A DNA stretch of 63,680 nt, the filler included, from Choristocarpus tenellus KU-1152 (taxonomy: Eukaryota; Protista; Phaeophyceae), in the NCBI GenBank assembly GCA_964200185.2. It is 9 parts of 9 records of this genome, joined end to end, with 100 filler letters (N's around TTAATTAATTAA, not from the genome) between each part and the next. Parts side by side here need not be neighbours in the genome. Positions count along the whole stretch, not along the records: positions 1 to 10,632 come from CAXNAD020002814.1; positions 10,733 to 16,953 come from CAXNAD020008648.1; 7 more parts are not named here. One strand, written 5' to 3'. The notes below the pieces were generated by a model. The model was not told the DNA's origin. It worked only from the letters and a program-made list of their open reading frames with translations, and made no database searches. Position 1 is the stretch's first letter; every line of letters starts with the position of its first letter. Position numbers and translations under genes: made by a program. This document shows positions 1 through 12,795 of the stretch, piece by piece.

Positions 1-1000
1 CTACTCCTAATGGGGATCCCATGGTGATCACCCTCCACTCTGATAGGTGGTGGTGGTTGTGGTAGTTGCTTGGGTTGGCTTAGGTGCGGTGCTTTAGCGT
101 GACGTATATGCACATATCAGCGATCACAACCTCTTTGTAATGCCACTTTGCCATGGTGAAGTTCATTTGTTCCACCAACCACACACTGGTACCACCCGGT
201 GTACTACTGTGTCGGTTGTTTGTCCTTCCTCGTGGTTCATCCCATCACTACCTGCGATCCCAAACTTCTCAAGGTGGTCTCCCAGGCGCATCCACCCGTT
301 CTTTCCCTCCTTTCCACCTCATTGCGTGTCAAGGTGTGGATGTGCCGTGCTCATACCGTTGCATTCTAGTCTGTTAATATTCCTTCAGCATTGTGTTAGG
401 GCATGGGTCAATCGAGGAGAAGATGGTTCACCTTGTTGGGAAAAATATGGATTAAAACAAAACCTTCGAAGTAATCCCTAATCCAATGTCTTGAAAGCGG
501 TCTATTTGCTGAACAGTAGTGTTTTGTTTTACATCAACTGTGTGACTCACTAGAGTTATGCTGTGTTGCTGCTGTGCAGTGTGTTGAGACTGCCTGAAGT
601 GCGTGCAAAGTTTTGTTCCCTCCCATCAAGTCCCCAGAGCAATGGTGTTTGGCAAGTGTAAGAAGTGATCAAAGGTGGAGGGGCCTTGCAATCAGAGTTC
701 AACGATAAAGCCAGCTCAGGGTGTACAGAGTCTTTCCGCAGGGACCCGAAATGTGAAGCGATGCAGCATGCAATGGAAAAACTTGGGGGGAAAGGGGATA
801 GTGTCTTGAGTTTTCCTCTCTGCATAATTCCATCATAAGTGGATTTCTTTCTTGGGATGGTAACATTGGATTGATGTGCGCTGTGTCACCAGGTACTGGT
901 TAGCTGCACTTTACCTATTTACTTTGTGATGTACGTGTGTCAACTCATTGGTGCACAGGGTGCGAGACCCAGGAACTATTCCCTGATTGAGAAATGGACT

Positions 1001-1262
1001 ACCCTTAGTGTCTTAGAGGGTGTGGTGTTTTAAAGTCAGGTTGTCCATTCGAGGCTTGATGGGATGTTGCATGATACCCAAATTTGATGCCTATTTATCT
1101 TTAAAAGCGATTTCCTTCAGATTTGGTTTAGGCTGGGGGGTGGAAATGGAAAGTGCTTTCAGATGAAGGAAACTGACCTTATGTATGGCGTGGTAATCAC
1201 TACAGGTTCACACAGGCCGGAAATGGACACCCAACCGCCGTCCTCTAGGGTGTACTATGGGT
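1001..1262. mobile_element. Diverged MITE-like element related to the CAAAGTATC-terminus families
   Basis: Imperfect terminal inverted repeats (ACCCTTAGTGTCTTAGAGGG vs rc ACCCATAGTACACCCTAGAGGA). Same inner inverted pair GTCCATT...AAATGGAC and ~260-bp size as family B. No clear TSD. Confidence 0.45.
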
Positions 1263-2516
1263 TGATCCTCTTGCATTATGCATCAAAATGATGAGAGCAT
1301 GGAGTACTAGTACAGACTCTCTGGCATTGGGGCCCTCCTGTTGGATTTTCCCTCGGTTGTTGTGTCTTGAAAACAGCAGCTTGCTTCTTGCTTCCATTCA
1401 ATGACTTGACAGTACAGTTCACCGCCTTCCATGTCAAGACTACTACGTAGGACAAACTAGGAACTTGCTCATCAGGCAATCACAGCATGGACCAAGATGG
1501 TTGTGTTAAGGGTGAAAGGACAATGTAGCCAGGGGGTCAGTGACTCTACACAGGTGTAAGCACAGTCCATAGTGCACACTTTAAGTGAGTCGTATGTTCG
1601 TAGACACTAGCATAAATTGTCAAAATTGCTACTCCGCAGTGCTTGAATGTACACGTGAATGTTAAGGCTTGTTCGAATATTATGACCTTTCACATCGAGA
1701 AACAGACTATATAAACCTAAGCACAAATTGCTGAACACACACCCCCCTACCTAGCATGCTCCTGTAGACGAAGATGAAGTGTAAGATGCCAGGGAGTGTG
1801 GTGCGATTTTGCACTCCAAGTGCTTGTTAATTTGCTTCTGACGTTGTCATGTGAAGGGACATACAGTTGCAATACCATCTAGATGCATCCAACCACAAAC
1901 TGCTCGGCTGCAATCAGGCAGGAAGGGCGCACCTGACCTGCACACAGCACTGTTGCCTGCTTAATGCTTTAAGGACAGGCACACCAACAACTCCTCGGGA
2001 AAGAACAAAATCGGATCAATCCGTTGTGCTGGTGCAATCAACAATCAGAGAGTGAAAAAATATATTCACCCAGGCCCCTATCCTTTTGCTCTTAGGCACA
2101 CCAGACTTTGTCAGCTACAAAGGCTCCATTATATATTACCAAATTGGAGGGTTGAGTCCGATTCCAAGCAGGTACAGACGGTTCCCAGAAGGTTGCAGGG
2201 TGTTCCTCAGTTAAATTAAATGCCTGTTCACGCTTTTGGTGACAAGAAGTGCCTCCCTCCTCCATATCACACTCTTAAACAACACGCTTAAAATTTTCAA
2301 AAGGTTCGGTTGGGCTGGTATACTCCCACACATACCCTTCTTTTATTAAAAGTTGCCTTCAGGGATATGGGGCCACCAAAGCACATTCCCACTGATGGCT
2401 GGCAGGGAGGTGGAGGGGAAAAGGGGGGGGGGAGTGTGTCACCATCTCTATGTTCAACCAACACCCCACTAAAATCTATCAAAGCGCTACATGGAAGCAC
2501 CACAGCACAATCCTTC

Positions 2517-5500
2517 TCAGAGACCCAGTGGGTTTTGGTTGTCTGGACAAGCTACCTCCACCCGCTTGCACAGCTCACTAAGGAATTCAGCCTGTACTCG
2601 CTGGGGCATGCTGCCGTTCTCCTGCTGCAAAATCACGGTCTCTATAGCCACCTTGAAAATATCATTGAGGGTGTATTGGTTGATGGTTGTTTCAGGCTGT
2701 AAGTCTTTCACAGGGATGAACTAAGGGTCTGGGAGAGTTCTGAGGATGGAAAGGAGAGATGAGAGGGGCGTGGATTCTGACCCTATTCCTGTACACATCT
2801 GTGTTTGCACCTAAGAGTTGCGTTAGGTATGGGCATTCTTGGCATATGGAGGGTGGATGAAGGGTGCAGACTTCAGAAAAACATTTTGATGAGAAATAGA
2901 AATCTTCCTTGATCACAAGAGAGATGTAGTGAAGTGAATTTGATTACAGACCCCTCTCCTTAGATCATGAGTTTGATCTGTGACAGATGATGGGGAGCAC
3001 ATTGCAAGTAGTTTGTATGTGATGCTACACGCAATAACTCAAACTCATCCATCTTCGTTCAGTAGTAGAATAGAGTCTGGTAGGTTTGTTAGACCCAGAG
3101 CAACTCCAGTAAACAAGGCAAGCGGGTCAAAACAGCAAAGAGGTATGAGAAACACCAACAATCTCCATTCATACCATTCCAACCCTTCCGCTAAAACCAC
3201 TGAAATTTTCCAACAAAAGAGCAAAAGTAGCTTTCAAACATCCCCCAAAACATACCTGTATTGCTCCCATGAATCCGTCCTTTGTCACAGCCCCCATCTG
3301 ACCCCCACCAGACCGTGCAAGCCCTGAGAGAATTCCATCCCACTTGTCAGGGTCAGTGGACAACACTTCATCCAGCAAGCGTCCAGCAGGTGTCTTGCTG
3401 CCCCAGACTGTAGCCCCTCCTCCTGAGCCTCCCTGAGCCTCCCTCTGACCTACACTGGCGGCGATGCCACCCTTGCCACCCCTTCGCAAAATGTCCTCTG
3501 CAGCATAGATTTGTAAGACCTTTTGTAGTATGACTACCATCCCCTCCATTTCCTTCTCTCTGCCAACTTTCTCCATCCATGCCTGCGCAGTGGCCTGATT
3601 GATCGATATGTTCAGGGAAGTGAGAGCATTATTTCGGTTGGGAGAGGGGGTGGGGGTGGGTGGGTAAGGTGAGGATAAAACGGAATATTAACAAGCTGAA
3701 TGTCTTGTGCTGGGTCTGAGGTATGGTTATTGATGCAAAGGCAATGAAATGTAGCTGAATCAACTGTCAAAGATTCCCGATGGGGATTTTTCATGACAAC
3801 TCACTCACGCTACACCAGTCGTGCTTTACACCAGCTTAGTTTGGGTTCTTCTGGTGAGGTGGGTGGTAAAGACGATTGTCAACAGGGGGTGAAAGACTGG
3901 ATCAATTGCTAGAGACAAGTTGGTGGAACCTAAGAAGAAGGAGAGAACCCATCACACTTGTTGTGAGATCAGGCAAGCAAAACACTCTCATCAACACGTA
4001 GTCCCACTAATCTCACCAAGAAATTACTGTCCAAGCTATCACCATGTATACGAATGCTGTGGCGGAGGGCAGCAAGGCGATCATCCGAAAGTGGCACAAG
4101 AAACTCCCCATTCTCCTCTGCAGCACTGATCATTATCATAAGAGTCCACGAGAAGAAAGAGTAGGGCAGCAATGAAGGGGGAAAGAGGGGTGTTCAAGAC
4201 ATGGGGTTGGATGTGTTCGGTTACAAGTGTCAGAACAGCTGGAAAAGGTAACAGAGTGGACTCTTCTGGAACATCTTTGGGCAATGCAGATGGAAGAGGG
4301 ACGTGCAAAGGAGAAATTGTGGTCTTTGGTCGAGAACTCCTCAAGTCCGTGTGCAAGTAACCAACTTGCAAGGTGGCCATATTATCAAGGGAGTGACAAC
4401 AAGGCAAAGATCTGTATGCCGATGGTGTGAAACCACATTATGGGAATAGGCACTTCCTTTGAGACCAATGCACGCATTTACTGTTGGACACCAGAAGAAC
4501 ATAAGAATCTACCTGGTGACGATGATTTGGAGGATGGTTGCAGAATCATCCATCTTCTCCTCTGCAAAATTCACCAATTCTTCCAGGATAGAAGTGACCT
4601 GAGTGGAATAGAGAATATCAGAGGAAACATGAAGCCTAGGGTCACACAGTTGAACAACGAGCAGGATGCTGTCCACAAACGAACAGAATATTCAAATTTG
4701 CATGAGCTGTGTTCTAGATTACATATAACTGTCAAGGGCGCACCAACAGCACGGTCACATTTGACTGGGCACCAATTCTCCACTCTGCTCCTAAGCGATA
4801 ATGATAGCATACAGTGGTACTATTGCTAACGCTCTGTACCGTGATTTTTCCTCTCTATCACTCAATAGTGGTAGATTAATCTTGATTCAGCTCGTTCCTA
4901 GGTGGCCTAGTTACGACTTAACGCGCTGCCTTTCTCAATTAACCTTTCATATTCTATTTACTTCCAGAATAGCAGTTGTCATTCTTGGATTGAAAGAATA
5001 TCATGGCAAGAGAAAGTGTGTGTCCCACACACGTATGAGTGGATACAGCCAGAAATAGAAAGATGACAGACCTAGACCGGGAATTCGAGAGCAATCGGCA
5101 AGTAACTGTGTTGTACCTCTTTCGCCAGGAGATCCAGCCTTGTTCTCTTTGAAGGATCTTGTTCAGCGTCCGCCATTTCTGCCAGGCGCAAGAAAAATGC
5201 AGGCTGGGCGACGACCTTAACTGCCTTCGAGACTGGCCAAGAGGTGTAGGGGTATGGATGTTGGAGTTCAATATCAGTTGCAAGTCTGACAGGCGGTAGA
5301 GCAACATAGTCGACACTCTGGAAAACAAAGAAAGGAGTCCTCGCATGCCAGTAACTCACTCCTAAAGGATAATTCCTCCTTGTTAGGTGCTGCTGTAAGA
5401 TTTTTGATGAGAGCGTCCATTCCCGCCTGGTCCGATTGCTGACTCGGTTGGGAGGAATGAGAGGGATTTTTTGCAAGGACGTAAGGTACGGCCAACGAGA

Positions 5501-5800
5501 GGTTCACCATCCCTATGATAGACCACAATTCTTCTAGGAAATGGATGTATTATAGTCTCGATGCAACGGCTATATTCTCAAGCGGCACTAACCGGAGGAG
5601 ACGTAAGGTCCTCGAGCGATGAGAAAGAAGAGTCAAGTCGATGCACTCACCATTGACATACGGCGATGCCGACATGGTGCTGACGTCAAGGTTGTTGATC
5701 GCATCCCCATAAGCCCTCGATTCGTAGACCATCCGATACCGGTGGGTGACAAGAATCCGGAAACAGTAGCTGCCCAACATGCATGAAGTAGAAGCTTCAT
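2517..5800 (-). CDS. 7-exon hypothetical protein with bipartite plastid-targeting leader
   Basis: Exons 5800-5651, 5426-5360, 5232-5117, 4598-4513, 4125-4017, 3594-3256, 2651-2517 join in phase through GT-AG introns. N-terminus MKLLLHACWAATVSG|FLSP is a signal peptide plus ASAFAP-type Phe motif, followed by an S/T/R-rich transit peptide. Body motifs include PAFFLRLAE, AAEENGEFLVPLS and ENGSMPQRVQAEFL. Confidence 0.85.
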
Positions 5801-6167
5801 TATCAAACTGGAGGCCAACTACAGGTGAGGTTGAGGAGGATCAGTCAGTTCAGGATTGTGTGCATTCCTGTTTGATTTTGAAAAAAAAACTATATTTACA
5901 TTTTCATTAGGTCAAGAAACTGACCTATATTATTGAGGATTGGTTGAGGAAGTCTCTCAGTTGGTTCTTCTATTCCACCTCTCAAGCCCCTCAAGGTGCC
6001 TCTCCATCAATGCGACGGTGGCAAGAGTAGAAAACTGTTTCTAGTTGAGGGTGGGAATCGTTCTCGCTTCTTAAGACCTGTCCCTGCAAACTCAACTGGA
6101 CGAAGGCTACAACAAGACCAGTTTGTGGAAAGACGAGAAGGGTCTCCAGCCTTGCTAGGCTGTGAGA
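5801..6167. promoter_or_regulatory. Probable bidirectional promoter region
   Basis: Only 367 bp separate the divergent ATGs at 5800 (-) and 6168 (+). Confidence 0.55.
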
Positions 6168-9100
6168 ATGTTTGGGGCAAGTGGCTTTGGTACAACATCT
6201 TCAGGATTTGGGACAAGTGAGAACCTTTTCAGTGCTTCATGTGATCGCCTTGTGGTCAGAAATAGTGCGAGAGGAAAGTGCTAGGAGGGGGGACAAATCT
6301 TTTGAAGCCTCTGGACTGGGTAGCCAGGTTACGCCTCTCAGCAGAGAAGTAATCCTGTGCATGATGTCATGTTTCTGTTTGAAAGGGTTGTCATTGGTCT
6401 GCTGTTGAATGATTTCCTTGTTTGTCGTGGAGGATCTCCCTTAATTGTGGCGCGGACTATATGATCTACTTGTGTTCGTTGAATTCGCATCATTATGTGT
6501 GCCTACCCACCCCACCAGATCGGTGGTGGTTGTTTCCTTTCCCATTTCTAATTGTCACCGCCGCCATATCACGAGCCGCTGCCATGCGTTTGCCGTCCGA
6601 GAGGAAGTTGCACTGTTCCAAATTTCTGTTGTTCAGGTTCTCACTACCCACCCCCTTTCGTCATCTCTCCGTATTTATAGCCTCACCATTCGGCAGCAGC
6701 AACCAGCAACAGAGCGCATTTGGTGGTACTACTGGGACAGCTTTCGGCGCTCCCGCTCCTGGTGGCTTTGGAGCTAAACCTGTATGTGAACCAATGCACT
6801 TGAGACCCTGGTTTCGCTTAGTAAGAACACATTGTTCGATTTGTCTCTCAAAGTTCTCAACAAGAAAATATAAGATTCAATCCCCCTCTCAGCTCAAATC
6901 CTCCTTCTCCACTCCACTCCGCTCCCTCCCCCATTGAACCTTACGACGTCTGGCCCCTCTCACCCTTACTTTTGTAAGACCTTTGGAACAGGTGGTTCTA
7001 CCGCATTTGGGGGAGGAGCCTTTGGCGCGAAACCCACAGCCTTCGGGGCCGCCCCAGCGACAGCCCAAGGCGCCTTCGGTGCTAGCACTGGGGCTGCAGG
7101 AACGGGCTTTAACCGTACCACCTCGACAGGTCCATTTGGAGCGGCAAAACCGAGTGCCTTTGGCACCACTGGAACTAGCGCCTTTGGGGCAACTCCTGCC
7201 CCAGCTGCAGCCAGTCCCTTTGGGGCGACAACTAGTCCCTTTGGTGCCAAGCCACCCTCAAGCCCGTTTGGAGCACCGGCTCCATCACCAGGAGGCTTTG
7301 GGACAACTGGTGGTGTGTTTGGGGCAACAACTGGAGGTGGGGGACTATTTGGAGCGGCTCCAGCTCCTGTCCAATCAGGGGGCCTGTTTGGTGGGGGCAC
7401 AGGAACCACAGGAGGCTTTGGCAGTGGAGGTGCATTTGGAACTGGGTTGGCGGGTCAGCAGCAGCAGCAGGGGACAGGTCAGCCAGCATGGCGACAAACC
7501 AGGGCAGATGACCCTGGTGGGAAGGCAGGGGCCACACCAGGGATGCTTATGTCCATCTCTGCAATGAAGGTGGCTGCTAGTTTACAGGGGAATGGGTTGG
7601 GAGTTAGAGGGGAGGTTTGATTGAATATTTGCACTGATTATGTAACAGGTAGCCTCGTTGTATTTTTGTTTGGAGTGTAGTTACTTGCAAGGGGGAGATT
7701 GGGTAGTTTTGATGAGTGCCTCTGAGGTAACTGCTGTCTGTTTGTACGTTGAATGAGAATTGAAGGAAAGCAGAAGAAAGTGCAACAAATATCAAAGATT
7801 GTTGCAGCCTTCCTTGCATTTGTGAAAGACAACCATGGACATAGGTCTGTCCACCTATGACCAAGCCTTACTAAATATCCTCTTTTCCAAGTTGAACACT
7901 TTGTTGTATGTGCTTCGTCTACAAGGTGTTATCTATGGGGCATAAGAGTAGCCGTCTTAGAGGGTAAATAGATCACGCAACTCCAAGAGCTCAGCACTTG
8001 TGGTGTGTTGTAGGGGCATAAATAGGCACCTTTGGGGGGGGATGTGCCACTAACCAAAATCGGAAATTCCTAATTCACGCTAACAAGTCAAAAGTGTGAC
8101 ATTTAATGTTTACCACTAAAATTATAATCGATTTGATAACTGTTTATTGCATAGTATACCGTACAGTTGACTTAACTTAAACTCTAATTTATGCACTTGT
8201 GTGCTTTCATTGCTGACCTGGGAGTTGCAATTGCCCCGACAATCCTGCTGGTGGTGTGTGGTGAGGTATCAGATGTGGGAGTCCATTCTTCTATACTAAA
8301 TGATTGTGTGTGCTGATTAATTACGAAGTACTTTTGTAGTGTTGGGTGTTGGAGACGAGCACTAGAGTTCCCGTTACGGCGAGACAGCTAAAAAGCACAT
8401 GTTTTGAGAAAATCACTACAGGTGAGCCATGTTTGAGCTTTTGATTTGTGTTTCAAGTTTAAGGTGAATGGATGTATCCGACAGGAGATGTAAGGAGTTG
8501 TGCTCGTGGTATGATGTATCCCAATGTCATCGCCACTCTCTCCATGTCTTCCTAGAAGGAGAAAAATTGCATAATGGGCAATCTTTGTGTTGCCTAGGAT
8601 AGCTTGTGACTTGCGCTGGTGTGTAAACGGTCATATTGTTCGCTGCATTTGTTGAAACCTTGTGATATGATGAGAATTGTACCAATCGCATGAGGGAATT
8701 TGTGTCAGTACGTAGCGAGGGTGTGTAGACCATTGGTGCTCTGCAGTGAAACTGTGGCGATCATGAGCATCCACAAGCGAATCATCTATCTTCTCTTCTG
8801 ATGGAGGCAGTAGTGCTCTCTCCTTGAACATTCATTCCTTGACTCCCAATCCTCATTTCCAATAAATCCTATCCCTGTTATTGTAACTTGCAGGAGTATG
8901 AGAATAAGAGTCATGAAGAGCTGCGGATGGAGGACTACCTCAAGGGACAGAAGCAAAGCCCAACAGCTGGTGGGGGTAGCTTTGGCAACATGTCTCTCGG
9001 CTCGACTACACCCAGCGGTGGTCTGTTTGGTGCCAAACCGGCCACCTTTGGAGCCCCGGCCCCAGCCCCTGGTGGGTTCAGCTTTGGTGCCACCCCTGCA

Positions 9101-10153
9101 CCAGCTCCAGGAGCATTCGGGGCAGCTCCTGCTCCTGCACCTACAGGGGGCTTCAGCTTTGGTTCTGCCCCCGCTACGAGTGCATTTGGTGCAGCCCCTG
9201 CACCTGCAGCTTTCGGCTCTGTGTTTGGTGCTCCAGCTCCTGCCCCTGGAGCCTTTGGCGCCGCAGCTCCAGCGCCAGCGCCAGGCGGGTTTTCATTTGG
9301 CACTGCAGCACCAGCCCCTGCCCCAGCAACAGGTGGTCTGTTTGGTGCTGCACCAGCTCCAGCTGGAGGTGGTCTCTTTGGTAATACACTTGCTGCTCCA
9401 GCTTCAGCACCAGCCACGGCCTTCTCCTTTTCATCGACTCCTGCCCCGGCCCCAGCCACTGGGGCCTTTGGATCAACCTTTGGTAGTGGCACAACTGCTT
9501 TTGGGGCGACACCAGCACCTGCCCCAGCCCCCGGTTCCTTTTCATTTGGTGCAACAGCACCAGGAGCATTTGGGGCTCCAGCCCCTGCTGCTACAACAGC
9601 TGCCTTTGGTGCCACACCTGCACCGGCAAGCTTTGGTCTGTTTGGTGCATCAGCTCCATCTCCTGCACCTGCTTTCGGATTCGCTGCTGCTCCAAAGCCT
9701 GCAGCCACGCCAGCCCCATCTCCAGGGGGTCTTGGAGCATTCTCCTTCAGTGGTCTTGGGTCCACCACTGGAGCCTTTGGTGCATCCAAGCTGTCATTTG
9801 GTGCCCCTGCCCCAGCCCCTGCCGGTGGTGGACTCTTTGGCGCTGCTCCTGCGCCTGCCCCTGGTGCCTTTGGCTTTGCTGCTCCAGCCCCATCTGCTGC
9901 TGCACCTGAGGGAGGAGCTTTTGGGAGCCTTGGTCTCAGTAGTGCTTTTGGGGCAACGGCAGCCCCAGCTCCGGCAAGTGGAGCATTTGGCACTGCTGCA
10001 ACTCCTTCTGCATTTGGGGGATTTGGCCAGGTGGCAGGGGCAGGAGGGCTTGCAGGGGCAGGGGCTCCAGGACTCTTCTCTACTGCAGCTGGTCAGCCAC
10101 GTGTAGCAGCGCATAATGAGAGCGCCTATGGCTCAGGAGCGCTGGAGCAAAAG
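6168..10153 (+). CDS. NUP98: Nucleoporin Nup98(-Nup96), N-terminal FG/GLFG region with GLEBS motif; 3' part lies beyond the contig end
   Basis: Exons 6168-6216 (MFGASGFG...), 6681-6781, 6979-7569, 8894-10153 join in phase. Dense FG/GLFG/FSFG repeats. GLEBS motif ...MSISAMK|EYENKSHEELRMEDY spans intron 3. Confidence 0.92.
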
Positions 10154-10632
10154 GTGAGGTGCCTTTTGACTTTGGGAGGAAGAGTTGCTTTCTTTCATCA
10201 TTTGTGAACTGTAATTAGCAATAGCCATAGTGTACTAGTCGTAGAATAGAAAATACTGTGTACAAATGGATAAATGGGCTTACACCATGGGAAGGCTTTG
10301 CCCCGTCAAATTTGTGGTAGTGCCCCTATTTTTGTTATTTTCGGTTTCAAGTTGTACATACTTGTATTGTACATACTTGTATTTTAGGGAGATAATTTGT
10401 TGGCATTGACGACAGCTGTTGCATCTGCTGTGGTCCTTGTCATACAGTTTTTGTATCAGTTGTTCCCATCCCCCCTGATACATTTCGATGTATCAGAAGG
10501 CATAATAATAATATCTACGTACACATACATGGGAGACATACACCAACTACATATTCGGCGGCCGGTGGATTGGTGTGGTGGTATAGATTATACCGCTGAT
10601 GGTATGGACTTAAGTCTATCATACTGTCATTG

Positions 10633-10732
10633 NNNNNNNNNNNNNNNNNNNNNNNNNNNNNNNNNNNNNNNNNNNNTTAATTAATTAANNNNNNNNNNNN
10701 NNNNNNNNNNNNNNNNNNNNNNNNNNNNNNNN
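10633..10732. other. Artificial contig linker
   Basis: N44-TTAATTAATTAA-N44, stops in all six frames. Confidence 0.98.
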
Positions 10733-10796
10733 AATCGCGGCATGAAAAAATTGACCCCAAATGGACAGCCGCCCCCCCCCCCAGATACTTTGAGCC
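10733..10796 (-). mobile_element. MITE family A, partial copy at contig start
   Basis: Reverse complement of the left arm of 26867-27045 (...CCAAATGGACAGCCG-polyC-AGATACTTTGAGCC). Confidence 0.85.
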
Positions 10797-10869
10797 TGGT
10801 ACCAACACTTACTCCAACACGTACCACCCCTCCCCATATACGCACAATCACCACACCCCTTAGGATTGG

Positions 10870-11517
10870 ATGGTTAGGGACGGCAGACAGCACAGTAACA
10901 CGTCTACGAGACTTCTATACATCGACACATTCCAAACACAGGAGATAGTCCACCTTCTCGCTTACAAGATCGACCGCGCAGGACGACACAACCCATGTGT
11001 CCCAAACCTCGGTGGCATAAAGTCCATGCACAGGTTCTTCACTGGTCAGTTCACCACCAAAGACTCCCGTACATTGACATACACCGAACTGCCATGCTAC
11101 TGCATGAACTGTTCCATCAGCAACCTGCCCCAATGCAGGTGGCAACTAACCCACGTGCCCCCGCTTAAGGAGATAGACTTCAGATTTTCCACGGAAACAG
11201 GAACGGACGATATGTATCTGAGGAGCCAGCTGTCTAGGAAGAAGAGACAGCTCTCTGAGGGGAACATATGCATTGTGCGGACGCAGCCATCGGAGTACAA
11301 CGTTATAGAGTTCTTGCCATTCACTGTCCACTGCAAGTACACGATTCAATGGAACGCCAGGCACCACTTCAGCTACGGAGAGATGTTCAGTGCTGGAGAT
11401 GAAGTCGTCTTTGTCACTGACTACTTCAAGGTGCTGAGTGCTAGCATTGTTGATGGAGTGCCAACTATTCGCATGTCACGGATGGACAAGGTGAGAAAAG
11501 TTTCTTACTGCTACTAA
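10870..11517 (+). pseudogene. Possible C-terminal fragment of a Sola2-like DNA transposase
   Basis: GIKSMHRF...TYTELPCYCMNC...C resembles the H...(R/E)L(S/P)C(F/Y)CxxC tail I associate with such transposases. Catalytic core not visible; upstream frames are broken. Confidence 0.3.
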
Positions 11518-12124
11518 GAGAATGATGCTCCACACGAATGAATCCACGCTGTCTATATACAGATGTTGCATACCCCCTGATATCCCCTCATATACAAATA
11601 AAATCCTCCAATAACGTCCAATCCTGACATCCAAACCAGTGTCATTTTTTTCTCCTACTCTACAACCGCAATCATCAACTTCCACATAATATTTTACAAG
11701 TTCCATAGGGCAAATAAGCGTTTCCCATTCCTTCATTTCACTGTCTAAGTGTATCCTCTATCCTACGTAAAACTCTCCATTCCTCAAAACCAAAACAAAC
11801 AACACTTCTATACAACCAAAGAGACCATCACGCACAAACACATGCCAATAGTCCCACACATCAATACAGCCCTTGCAACGAACATCTTTGTGGTGATGCA
11901 GGACGCACAACCGGGTCCCCGCATCGTGCCCCTTCAGGCTATCATTATTTCAGACTTCACAGACATCCACCACAACCACCTGGACAACACATTCACGATC
12001 CTGCCTGGTCAATACCAGAGGTTCACCTCAGAATCCAAGCGGCGATCTCTCGGTGGGATACTGGATATATACAGGAAGGTAGCGGTGTAACATAGCTGGT
12101 AGTAAAAAATAAATATAGATGAAT

Positions 12125-12262
12125 GTCTTCCACATTTATGATAACAGTTGCCTTTTTGAGAGTTATTCCGACATGTCAATAGTTTTCATTGGTTTTCCCC
12201 CTAGCACATCTACGAAATGTCAAAGGGCATAATAATAATAAAATATATATGACAAGGACTCT
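12125..12262 (+). repeat. AT-rich dispersed repeat, homologous to 41685-42000
   Basis: Shared core TAGTTTTCATTGGTTT(T)CCCCCT...AAATGTCARAGGGCATAATAAT; a shorter trace lies near 10490-10515. Confidence 0.75.
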
Positions 12263-12745
12263 TATAAACTAACACTTCTCGTATATGTGAAAATTATCTC
12301 TCTAAAATCAATTTAATACTTGATATTTGTCTACACATTTTGTGTCGACACTTACTTACACGTACATACCTCACATTTTTTCTGATAAGTTGAGGGAAAC
12401 TTGATGTTCTGATTGATTGAGGTTTCTTTTCAGGAATCTCGGATTGGAGTGGAGGATCTTTCGTGAGATTGAGGCGTCAAGTCTTTTCAACAGACCAACC
12501 TAACAACTAGTTGATATCTGTTCAATCAGCGATGTCAAACAGTTGTGACGTCTTGGAATTTCCGATGACCCCTCTTATAAGAATTCCCTACTTTGTAATT
12601 CTCTACATTCTGTCCTTGTCCAACTTCAACCTCGTCCTTTCGCCTATGGTTCATTATGTTAGTCCATTTGATCCGTCTGACCAGGAATTTGTTCACCACT
12701 CTTACCTAATCAACCACCATCACAGAATCATCATATTCACATTCG

Positions 12746-12795
12746 TGACACCAGTGAGATTCGAACTCGCGCGTGTAAACCACAGTAACTTAGCA
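12746..12795 (-). pseudogene. 3' half of a tRNA-Ser(GCT)
   Basis: Minus strand reads T-GCT-AA-GTTAC (anticodon and 3' stem), TGTG-GTTTA-CAC (long variable arm), GCGAG-TTCGAAT-CTCAC (T arm, one mismatch), TGGTGTCA (acceptor 3' strand). No D-arm or 5' acceptor strand is present. Confidence 0.65.

Noticed and set aside
360-2100. Possible exons at the start of contig 1
   Set aside because: No consistent splice chain or recognisable motif.
8898-10106. Long overlapping ORFs (402 aa alternative frame; 352 aa antisense 8935-9993; also 6966-7409)
   Set aside because: Shadow frames of the repetitive Pro/Ala/Gly/Phe codons of Nup98.
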